IMG/VR virus record: IMGVR_UViG_3300005323_000042
Location: 17,433-81,432 of that record
Strand: one strand, 5' to 3'
Length of the DNA stretch: 64,000 nt
Source: a virus
Lineage: Duplodnaviria > Caudoviricetes
Shown: positions 1-9,196 of the stretch, piece by piece
Numbering within the stretch: position 1 is the first letter of the stretch
Layout of the letters: each line of letters opens with the position of its first letter
Notes under the pieces: model-generated
What the model saw: the letters and a program-made list of their open reading frames with translations, nothing else
Database searches by the model: none
Told to the model about the DNA's origin: nothing
Program-made: the position numbers and the translations under genes

Positions 1-3000
1 CTGGCAAACCATGCTCCCGATGACCAGTCTTTTCTTTCGTCTTTATCATCTTTGCTATTTGTAGAATAACTTACAGCAATATTTGTATAGACATCACGGT
101 AATCAGCGCGCATGTTGTTACTGATAAGATTCGTTTCTGATGTGACTTGAAAATAATTTCTGAAACTACGAAGTGTATTTAATCTTGGAGTTTCTGCGGC
201 TTCCACTATCTCTTCAGCTCTTAATAATTTATCTCTGTTTGTATTGTATTTCTGCAAATTATTCACTGCCATACTGCTGAAAGTATTGCTAATACTATTT
301 AAAGGAGAATACAGATTCAAACTGTAATCGGTTGCCTGCGCAAGATATTGATATCCATTTTTAGCATAATCAGTATATGCTTCAACTATACGTCTTGCGG
401 CTTCTACCTTTGGGTTGTTAAGCGACTCACGCAACTTGAACATTTCATTCGCAGTTACCGACCGGCAGAAATAAGGACTATCTGGAGGACCAAAGAATAG
501 TGTATTTCTCATATCAAACGGAAGTACTTTTGCAACATATCCAGGATACCTGTATGTCATTTCCTGAATCATATCCCAGCATGTCAGTCTGTATATCATA
601 TAAGTCAGATTCACTCCATTGTATATTTCACCCAATGGATTTTTGATAAACGACCAGATAGTGCTTAAGGGACTTTCAACAAGTTTATTTAATTCTGTAT
701 ATATGCCTTCAAGGTTTGATTCATTCGGGGCCATAATATTAAGATCACCCTCGTTCTTTGCCCATGTCCAGACTAATTGTTTTCTTCCATCAGGTCGTAT
801 CTTTGAATAATAACCAAGGAGATTCACACCGGAAGTACCTTCGCTGAATTGCAGGTTGGATGCATTATTAAGTTTCCATCTGCCGAAATGCATTATCTCC
901 GGTTGTGTAATACACCAGTTTATTATTTCTTTTGTCTCTGCATTAAGAGTTGTTATATCATCGGGTTCCTCTTTCATCTTGATATCGTAAACAAGTTCAG
1001 CACCAAAACTCTGACAAATCATTTCAAACTCATGATTATGCCCATCGATTGCTGTTACTTGGCCATTGAACACGGTATTCAGTTCGTTAATATTATTACT
1101 ATAACCCATACGGCACTGTATTGTCGTACCTTCTTGTAGCATGATGCCACGTAACGGATTTTCAAGTTCAGTATCGCGTACGACAGTATCTTTATTCTCT
1201 GTGTTCGGTGTAGGCTTATACCGTGCAGAAGTAAATTTTCCGGTCAGATCTATAAACCTTATTGTAATTACATCAATAGGCTGATCGCTATGTTGTACCA
1301 GTCTGATTTCCTGTATTGCATTAAGACCAAACATTTCATTGAGATCCTGTTGCCGTAACGGATAAAGCTTTTCGGTTGTATCTTCTTCGATAATATAGAT
1401 TTTATAAACAGGAAAACATCTTGTCATGTCGAACATTCGTTCAACAGAGGAATTTGCAGCAGCTCTGCGTTTAAACAGAGTTGAGACAAAAGTGTCATCT
1501 TCAGAATATGAAAGATAGTTTTCCGACTGACCATTTTTAAACATCTGTACGTTTATGGAATTCTCAATTCGTCTATCACTACTGTCCGCAAGATTGGGAT
1601 ATATATTATTGACCTGAAATTTTTTATTCAGTGCCGTGGACTTATTTGCTACAGTCTGGGAAATTTCATGTGTAAGATTATGTGCAGTCTTTGATGTATA
1701 CGGTGTACTGCCATTGTTATCGACATAGAACTTCATAGAATCTACACTACTGTCGTTGCCGATAAGTGCTTTGATTATGTTGTCGTTATTGGTAGAATAA
1801 CTATATGTACTTAACTGTTTTGTATACTGCTGAAAACGTTCAACTATTTTTTCTACTTCTTTTTTATGGCGTAGTTCTTTTTTCTGATTGCTATAGGAGT
1901 CAAAATATTTACGTGGCTGATAAAAATAATAATCCGGAGTAATTGTCGGAGGCAACTGAAAATCCATATATGCCGACTGTTTGATCGTTCCGATCTCAGC
2001 TTTGATTTCTGCAGGATATAATTTCTGAATAGACGGAAAATATTTATAAAGTATTTCTGAATATTTTGAAACCCATAATTTCAAAACTTCATACAATTGC
2101 ATACCTGTTTTATTATCGTTGATTACTTTCTGCACATCGGCATTAAGATGTATGTTTATTCCATAAACGTCTTTCTGACCAGATTTCCAGTATATATCAG
2201 AAATATTCTCGAGTTCATCAATCAGTTTCAGGATACAATCTTTTACCTGTAACTCTTTTGCTTCTTCTACGTCGGTATGAGTATTTGTATTTGTAGCGCA
2301 GGTGCTGTCCTTGTATTTATTAGCAATCCACCGTACAGTTTTATAATTATCATCAAGAGCAGATGCAACTTCACCGCGTATGGCATTGGCAGCCTCTGAA
2401 AGATGTATTGCATAACTCGGTGTACCGATACTTGTGCCATCTGTTGATGGTGGGGTGACTGTATTTGTAAGTTTACGGTCTTCAAGCCAGGCTGAAATTT
2501 TAAATGAAGACTTGCTAAAAACGAGTTGCAACAGGTCTTTATAATATCCTTCTATGGTTAAGTTTTCCTGTCCAAATCCGAAGGCTTCGTTCATCTTTTC
2601 ACGTACCTGTGTAAAATCGGTCATTGCAATACTTACCAAAGAAGCACCTGGAATTTCGGGACTTGTTTGAATGTTTACGTTATCGACAATAAATCTATTG
2701 CCACCCTGAACAACATTTATATAACCATGCTTGATGCCAAGTCCGTCAACAGACGCTACTTCTCCGAATCTTATCGTATTATCAGATATAATATTGAGTA
2801 TCTGTTGAAGCTTTATAAGTTGCGCATCGCCTGCCTCTCCATTAATACTTATATTCATATTGACTTTTTCGACATGTCCTCCAAGCCATTGATGTGTTGC
2901 ATATTTATAACCTGACAATGGTATCCGCGGAATTTCGTTATAACCGACATTACTCAAATATGCAATCTGAAAATTCGTATTTGTCTTTAAGTCAACGGTC

Positions 3001-4814
3001 CATTTATGTGCAATACGTACATAAATAGTATCTGTATATACATTGGGCCTCAGTATATCAAAACTACCGGCGGGGAGTGAATTTAAAAAATTCTGCACTT
3101 CCTTTGTTTTCTTTGATTCAGTATCATTTAATACGACAACAGTTTCAGTCATCTTCTCTTTTGACACTGCAGAAACATTTACTTCCGGCAAAACATTTGG
3201 ATTCGCAACATTGATATTATCATTGTCCGGAATGCCCATATTATAACCTTTGTAATAGGTAGTAGATTTTTTACTGGTTGCTGTTTGTTCTTCTTTCTGA
3301 GTCTTGACAATTTCTTCAAGTTCTTTTCTTGACTTGGCTGCTGTTTGGTAAGATGTGGTGTCAAAGATATATTTTTCGGGATCCTGTCTCGTACCATGAT
3401 ATATTACTTCATAGTGCAGATGTATGCCGGTTGAATCGCCTGTACTTCCGGTATTGCCTATATTCTGTCCTTTAACAACCTTCTGTCCGGAATTTACAGC
3501 AAAGGAAGACATATGTGCATAGAATGTCTTATAACCTGATCCATGGTCGATCTCAATACAGTTGCCGTAACCTCTTCTGGAACCAACAAAAGAAATGATT
3601 CCCGCAGCTGCAGCCGATATAACTTTCGGACTTCCGGTTGCAATATCTATTCCTGTATGCATTTTATATGTCTTGTGTATAGGATGTAGTCTCATGCCGA
3701 ATTTACTAGTTATCTTTCCACTTACAGGTTTAATGGAAGGGGTAGTATCAAGACTGTCTGCTATAATAACTTCATCAATAGCTCCTTTTGGAGTGTTTGC
3801 CATGAAATCTTTTACAATTACTTTTGAAGTCTGGTCCGCAGTCAGATACTTTAATTTTAATTCGAGATATGTAAAATACTGGAATTCAATACTATTATTA
3901 TTAAGATCATGATTGTATTCGTTTAATACAAAACCATTATCGGATATACGTCTTTCAAGTGTCTTATATTCTTTTGCAAAGAACTCATAGAAGGCTTTGC
4001 TTTTACCTGTAGTAAATACAGCCGATGACGGACTGAATATTTTTCCGTTGACGGCATTCGGATGACGAAGTATAATTGTATTGTCACCATCTTTGCCTAA
4101 AGGACCACGTTTATAATCGCCGACAAAAACAACTCTATCCATAAACGGCAGGTAGTTAAACAACAAAAAATCAAATGTAACGCGTATGATTTCAGGAGAT
4201 TCAGGATCTGTCTCCATCTGATGGGATTGATATGTAAGCATTATTTCAATGTCTTCGTTATCTTCAATCTGATCTCCTGTCACTTCTATGGCGGCTGCAA
4301 CGAGGCGTTTGCGCAAGTATTCATTTCTCACATGGCAGAAAGGCATTGTCCTTAATTGTGTAAGCAGTGGAATGAGTTTATAACGGATTTCATCACTTAG
4401 TGTAACCGGTTTATTTTTGATATTAACAAGAGGATTTGCAGTAAACAACAGCGAGATACGAACTGAAATTTCTCCATGTCCGGTATCAAGTTTAACAGAA
4501 TGCTTGCTTCTTATCTGTGGTATATCTATAGAGTTATTATTAATACTTACCGCAATGTCCTGTGGCGGTATTGTAAACCAGATATCATTTATTAACATTG
4601 CCCCCGGTTGACTGGAAGCTTTAGCCGCAAGTGTATTATTATATTTTTTGTAATTAGCCACAAAAGAATCTGACCGAAGATAAGTCTGCAGGTCATTGTC
4701 AAATATTCCTTTCTCTGCATTTGACGTATATAAATATTTGCATACTTCCTTGTACCAGGTGTCTTCAAGTTGTAGAATAGATGAAGGAGCATTTTGTGAT
4801 TTGGTAGTGGACAT
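1..4814 (-). CDS. Very large (>1600 aa, partial) tail/baseplate hub-like protein with an internal M23 (LytM) peptidase domain
   Basis: ATG at 4814 with SD AGGAG upstream. The frame runs off the left edge, so it is absent from the ORF track. M23 motifs HTGIDIA, GYGNCIEIDH, YAHM and GDSTGIHLHYEV lie at about 3390-3720. The distal part (CRMGYSNNINELNTVFNGQVTAI, TCWDMIQEM) resembles hub proteins. Confidence 0.75.
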   Translation of the reverse strand, partial: MSTTKSQNAPSSILQLEDTWYKEVCKYLYTSNAEKGIFDNDLQTYLRSDSFVANYKKYNNTLAAKASSQPGAMLINDIWFTIPPQDIAVSINNNSIDIPQIRSKHSVKLDTGHGEISVRISLLFTANPLVNIKNKPVTLSDEIRYKLIPLLTQLRTMPFCHVRNEYLRKRLVAAAIEVTGDQIEDNEDIEIMLTYQSHQMETDPESPEIIRVTFDFLLFNYLPFMDRVVFVGDYKRGPLGKDGDNTIILRHPNAVNGKIFSPSSAVFTTGKSKAFYEFFAKEYKTLERRISDNGFVLNEYNHDLNNNSIEFQYFTYLELKLKYLTADQTSKVIVKDFMANTPKGAIDEVIIADSLDTTPSIKPVSGKITSKFGMRLHPIHKTYKMHTGIDIATGSPKVISAAAAGIISFVGSRRGYGNCIEIDHGSGYKTFYAHMSSFAVNSGQKVVKGQNIGNTGSTGDSTGIHLHYEVIYHGTRQDPEKYIFDTTSYQTAAKSRKELEEIVKTQKEEQTATSKKSTTYYKGYNMGIPDNDNINVANPNVLPEVNVSAVSKEKMTETVVVLNDTESKKTKEVQNFLNSLPAGSFDILRPNVYTDTIYVRIAHKWTVDLKTNTNFQIAYLSNVGYNEIPRIPLSGYKYATHQWLGGHVEKVNMNISINGEAGDAQLIKLQQILNIISDNTIRFGEVASVDGLGIKHGYINVVQGGNRFIVDNVNIQTSPEIPGASLVSIAMTDFTQVREKMNEAFGFGQENLTIEGYYKDLLQLVFSKSSFKISAWLEDRKLTNTVTPPSTDGTSIGTPSYAIHLSEAANAIRGEVASALDDNYKTVRWIANKYKDSTCATNTNTHTDVEEAKELQVKDCILKLIDELENISDIYWKSGQKDVYGINIHLNADVQKVINDNKTGMQLYEVLKLWVSKYSEILYKYFPSIQKLYPAEIKAEIGTIKQSAYMDFQLPPTITPDYYFYQPRKYFDSYSNQKKELRHKKEVEKIVERFQQYTKQLSTYSYSTNNDNIIKALIGNDSSVDSMKFYVDNNGSTPYTSKTAHNLTHEISQTVANKSTALNKKFQVNNIYPNLADSSDRRIENSINVQMFKNGQSENYLSYSEDDTFVSTLFKRRAAANSSVERMFDMTRCFPVYKIYIIEEDTTEKLYPLRQQDLNEMFGLNAIQEIRLVQHSDQPIDVITIRFIDLTGKFTSARYKPTPNTENKDTVVRDTELENPLRGIMLQEGTTIQCRMGYSNNINELNTVFNGQVTAIDGHNHEFEMICQSFGAELVYDIKMKEEPDDITTLNAETKEIINWCITQPEIMHFGRWKLNNASNLQFSEGTSGVNLLGYYSKIRPDGRKQLVWTWAKNEGDLNIMAPNESNLEGIYTELNKLVESPLSTIWSFIKNPLGEIYNGVNLTYMIYRLTCWDMIQEMTYRYPGYVAKVLPFDMRNTLFFGPPDSPYFCRSVTANEMFKLRESLNNPKVEAARRIVEAYTDYAKNGYQYLAQATDYSLNLYSPLNSISNTFSSMAVNNLQKYNTNRDKLLRAEEIVEAAETPRLNTLRSFRNYFQVTSETNLISNNMRADYRDVYTNIAVSYSTNSKDDKDERKDWSSGAWFA

Positions 4815-4832
4815 TATTTTTCTCCTGTGGTT

Positions 4833-7800
4833 TTATCTAGACCAGGAATTGTATTTCTCTTCTTTATTAAGATTATTGATATGTTCTTCATCGGCAGATT
4901 GGTTTCGGTTAATGAAAGTATTCTGATTAATAAATCCCATTTTACCTAACTGCATTCTGATTGTCTGTGCATTACTGGAAACCGGAACAGTACCACGTAT
5001 ACTGTGTTTGAAACCTGTGCCTCTCGGCTGATACACGGCGCCTGTTGGCGGATCAATTGCTTCTGCGCCCTGTGGAATCTGTTTTTGTGATTCTTCACGT
5101 ACTTCCTGTTGCTGCATGGCATTATCTCTTGGTCGCAAGAGATAACCGGCAGCCAAAGCTCCACCCGCGATAAGTTGAAATGTTCTGTTCTTTAAAACCC
5201 TTGGAGCCGTCTCGGCAATCACATCACCAAGAGTATTGGATGTTCTGCGGAATGAATTGTCTACAGGCGTTATATCGTGCAGTGCGTTTACCTGGGCATT
5301 ACTTATCGGTATAGACCCGATATCATTCATCCGCCCATGAATCCTGTTTACCTGATCGACATTATGAACCTGTTTGGTAGCATATTTTAAATAATCTGCA
5401 TAATCAATTTTGACTTTATCTCCGGACTTTAACCAGTTCTTAACATCATCTATCGTCGTAAAGTCATTGAATATATTACCTAATTTTCCATTGAATTCAA
5501 CATCAAGGGCGCCACGTTCACCGGGAAGATGCTCGTTCATCTTTGCAGTGTACTGCATAAACTTTTCGGCCCTGTTCTCAAGCTTTCCTGAAGCAGAGTC
5601 AAAAACACTAAGATAGTCAGCTGCATCCACTTCGTTTGTGAAGAGTTTACCGCCGATAAACATTTCAGGAGTCGACACTGCCATATGGTCAAAAGCCCGT
5701 GCTTTTTCCCAGACTCCTATTCCGGTATTATCAAAAGCCTCTGCGAGTTTTGAATTGAAACGCATCGAATATGGATATGTTTCATTATATCCTTTTGCAA
5801 TGTTTCCGGACTCAGTAAAGGCAGATTCAATATAACTCGATATATTCTTGCTCATTCCTTTGACTGTTGACTTTTTGTTCAGGTATGTCTGTCTTATAAG
5901 TGGAACGGCAACAGAGTCGGATTCCTCGATCATCTTTGCGCGCAATGCTTCACTCTTTGGTGTCAGTCCAAGCACAGGATCAAAATCCTTGTCAAGCATT
6001 GCTTTAGACTGTACGGGATCACTTACATGTACGGTAAGATCGTCTATAGCCCCATGAACAATCGACCGAACATTTTCATCATATACACCGCCGCTTGTCA
6101 TCATAAGATCTTTCATAAGCGCTTCTTCATCTATTGCCCTGGCAACAGTAACACCCTCTGTTCCGTAGGCGGGATGTCTTGTTACAACTTGTGGAATACC
6201 CTTACGCATAGCTGTCTCGCGCAACTCTGCGCCCTGCAACCCGCCTTTTTTAAGTTGTTCATACAATTCTGTCTGTTCAAGTATCTGTGTGAAATTCTTA
6301 CTTGAGTATCCGGCAAGATCTTTATTCACAACACTGTCTATTGTAAGTCCATATCTGGAAAGTGTTTTCTGTACGGCGCCCGGAGAACCCTCCTTGGCTA
6401 TAAGCGTTTCAAGAAGGCCCTTATCAAATACACCTCTGCCGCGATAAACTTTCATTGTCGCATCTGACATTGCAGAAGTTAAATTAACATGTTGACCAAG
6501 AACATTAACCCACGACTGCTTAAGGTCGTTATATAATTCTTGCTGACCATCCCATCCTTTGGAAGCGGCCATCAGATAATCACGCGTGGTTTTTGAAAGT
6601 AGTTTTCTTATTGGTTCATCCTGAGATGCAAAGCCTTTATTGCTTACAATGTTTGTCCAGTGAGATTCTGTTGTAGAGAGGGGAACATTATTGCCATTGA
6701 TAGTGGTATAAAATGCGGCATTGTCAGGAATAGGTTTGTTTTTCCATTCAGTCATACCCTGAGCTATCTGCATCGCTCTGTTTCTTGCAACCTTTGTACT
6801 GGTTGATGTAAGTTCTTCAATTGTTTCTGTGCCGCTGATGTCCGCCCAATTAAGCTTAATATGTCGTCCCTCAATAGGCTTATTAAGAACCGGCATAAAC
6901 TCATTGTATAATTCATGCATTACCTTCTTATTATAATTAAAATGACTACGCACGAAATCTGCAGCAGCATTCTGTTTTGATACACTCAGTGTATTTTCCA
7001 GAATTGAGTTTACCTGCACTTTATTGGATGGATCAATACCCATCAGTATTGGACTCTTGTCGGTTGTATAAATATCAGTATTTATACTTGCCATACCGCC
7101 TGTCTTCTGTTCGTCTTCACTTAGCAATCTCATATAAGGTGCAAGGGCAGGATTTTTTTCTGCAGATGCTAAAGTTTCAGCGTTGGTCAAAGACCGTATA
7201 CGGTTAAAACTATCGCCACCTTTTCTTATGCCTTCCTTCAGAACCCTAAAATCACTATCAAGCATTGTATTTAGTTCTTTATGGAATTCCGGTCTTACTG
7301 TTTTATGTTTGCTTATCATATTATCAAGCATTTCGGTTGCGCGGGCAGCTGCAACCTTGTTTTTGCTTGATGTTGTATTTATTAATTTTATTGCCGACTC
7401 TGCATTAATATCACCGGACTGTATTACATCTTCGAGCACCATTCTGGCAGTAACGAGTCTTCTCATATGTTCCTGTCTTAACCGCATTGAATAGATTGAT
7501 TTAACAGTGCCCCAGTTTTTACCAACCATCCCAACTTTACTTCTGAATGTAGTATCAAGTCTGATACCTTCGTTTGTCAAAGAAATATCGTTCAGCAATA
7601 CCCTTCCTCGTCCGACCCGAACTTTGCCGGTAGTTGTTTCGAGAATAGTGCCATTATCAAACATATCCTTTAGCGCTATGCCATTCTTGAAACCTCTTGC
7701 ATCCGAATACTGCTGAAGAATTTCCGGCATATTGCCCTGGCGTATCATGTATTTAAGTTTTTGTCCGCGTGTAGCATTTGCAGCAAGCGAAGCATGAGAC

Positions 7801-9116
7801 TTGTTTCCCATCTTCTCATAGTAAAAATCGAACAGGTCATCGAAAAATGACACCGTCTTCTTCGGCATTATAGCATCTTCCAGTTTTAGTGTTATCGGAT
7901 GATTGCTTAATACTGTTTTACTTGCAAGTGATTTATTAATCCATACATCTTCTTTTCCAAGGTGTGGCATTGCAACACCGCCAACATCATATCCGGAATC
8001 AGTCAGCGCATCAAAGATTGCATCGTTTGCGCTTAACCGCAGAGTAGGTACCGGAATGGCATTTGTATTATTCAGGAGGTCCAGTGCGAATCTATTTGGA
8101 GCAGCGCCCTCTATTCTGGCAGATTTATTTAACATCTGGTGCAGGGCATGATTACCTTCTGCGACACTTATCTCTTTGGCAATACCAAGATCAAGATCAG
8201 GAATATTGAGCCTTGCGCTTGCAACCGCGTCAACTGATTTTAAAAATGTCGGGGAAGTTTTTCCTCCGTATGTTTCGAAATTTCTATTAAAGTTCTCAAC
8301 ATATCTTTTTCTTTCCCTGCTATTTTTCAGACCGTTTGGTATTACGGTATTCATATGTGCTTTGGTAATATAACCGCTTGGAGTCATATCCGGTTCATGA
8401 AGAACATATTTGTTTATATCCATATTGAGTTTTTTAATCTCTTTTTTCTTCTGATATGTCTTCATTGGGGAACTGAGAATTTCATTTACTTTATATAGTT
8501 TATAAGTATTGAAATCCATCGCATTTGAACGTACGAAAGAAGTAATGTCGCCTGAAACTTCATTGTTTAATATTGCCCTGGTGGCATCTTCCGGCAGGAA
8601 GAACTGCGGTACATAATATTGATGACCGGCATTCGTAGATGCAATCCGGATAGCACCATTGTCAGAAACAAAACCTAATGAGATACCATGTTTTTTCTTT
8701 CCGGTGTGCATAACAATTTCTTTGGCGCCATTCTCATATATTTTCACACCAAAGTGAAACTCATTATTTGTTAAGGACTGAGTATATTCAATAACATTCT
8801 GAAAACTTTTATTACCCGCCTCACCATATATTAATTGATTCAGTTTTTTTACATCTGTAACTTTTAAATACTGACCATCAATAACGGCATCTGCAAAACC
8901 AACATCTGCTATATTGGACATCTGCGTTGCAAGACTCTCATCAGGCACAAGAGGTGTATCTATCCAACTTTTATGACTGGACCCCATCCTGTCTTTGCGT
9001 CCTTTAATATCCTGATAGGTACGGTACAATTCCTTGGCGGCTATACCGCCGGCCCCGATCATTCCGAGAAGACCTATATTAGCGCCTATTGATGATGTGT
9101 ATTGGGATTCTGACAT
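4833..9116 (-). CDS. Large virion protein (1427 aa), possibly an internal/ejected protein with degenerate two-barrel RNAP-like motifs
   Basis: Long intact ORF in the structural operon. Contains TRHP...DKDFD and GKNWGTVK motifs. Function is inferred only. Confidence 0.6.
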   Translation of the reverse strand: MSESQYTSSIGANIGLLGMIGAGGIAAKELYRTYQDIKGRKDRMGSSHKSWIDTPLVPDESLATQMSNIADVGFADAVIDGQYLKVTDVKKLNQLIYGEAGNKSFQNVIEYTQSLTNNEFHFGVKIYENGAKEIVMHTGKKKHGISLGFVSDNGAIRIASTNAGHQYYVPQFFLPEDATRAILNNEVSGDITSFVRSNAMDFNTYKLYKVNEILSSPMKTYQKKKEIKKLNMDINKYVLHEPDMTPSGYITKAHMNTVIPNGLKNSRERKRYVENFNRNFETYGGKTSPTFLKSVDAVASARLNIPDLDLGIAKEISVAEGNHALHQMLNKSARIEGAAPNRFALDLLNNTNAIPVPTLRLSANDAIFDALTDSGYDVGGVAMPHLGKEDVWINKSLASKTVLSNHPITLKLEDAIMPKKTVSFFDDLFDFYYEKMGNKSHASLAANATRGQKLKYMIRQGNMPEILQQYSDARGFKNGIALKDMFDNGTILETTTGKVRVGRGRVLLNDISLTNEGIRLDTTFRSKVGMVGKNWGTVKSIYSMRLRQEHMRRLVTARMVLEDVIQSGDINAESAIKLINTTSSKNKVAAARATEMLDNMISKHKTVRPEFHKELNTMLDSDFRVLKEGIRKGGDSFNRIRSLTNAETLASAEKNPALAPYMRLLSEDEQKTGGMASINTDIYTTDKSPILMGIDPSNKVQVNSILENTLSVSKQNAAADFVRSHFNYNKKVMHELYNEFMPVLNKPIEGRHIKLNWADISGTETIEELTSTSTKVARNRAMQIAQGMTEWKNKPIPDNAAFYTTINGNNVPLSTTESHWTNIVSNKGFASQDEPIRKLLSKTTRDYLMAASKGWDGQQELYNDLKQSWVNVLGQHVNLTSAMSDATMKVYRGRGVFDKGLLETLIAKEGSPGAVQKTLSRYGLTIDSVVNKDLAGYSSKNFTQILEQTELYEQLKKGGLQGAELRETAMRKGIPQVVTRHPAYGTEGVTVARAIDEEALMKDLMMTSGGVYDENVRSIVHGAIDDLTVHVSDPVQSKAMLDKDFDPVLGLTPKSEALRAKMIEESDSVAVPLIRQTYLNKKSTVKGMSKNISSYIESAFTESGNIAKGYNETYPYSMRFNSKLAEAFDNTGIGVWEKARAFDHMAVSTPEMFIGGKLFTNEVDAADYLSVFDSASGKLENRAEKFMQYTAKMNEHLPGERGALDVEFNGKLGNIFNDFTTIDDVKNWLKSGDKVKIDYADYLKYATKQVHNVDQVNRIHGRMNDIGSIPISNAQVNALHDITPVDNSFRRTSNTLGDVIAETAPRVLKNRTFQLIAGGALAAGYLLRPRDNAMQQQEVREESQKQIPQGAEAIDPPTGAVYQPRGTGFKHSIRGTVPVSSNAQTIRMQLGKMGFINQNTFINRNQSADEEHINNLNKEEKYNSWSR

Positions 9117-9174
9117 AATTTTTTCTTATATTTAATCGTGGACTCGTAAAATTGCTGTGAAGTAAGTGAGTGTG

Positions 9175-9195
9175 CCCGGCGAAAGCCGGGTTTTT
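9175..9195 (+). terminator. Rho-independent terminator-like hairpin oriented for the + strand
   Basis: CCCGGC-GAAA-GCCGGG followed by TTTTT on the + strand. Confidence 0.6.
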
Positions 9196-9196
9196 A

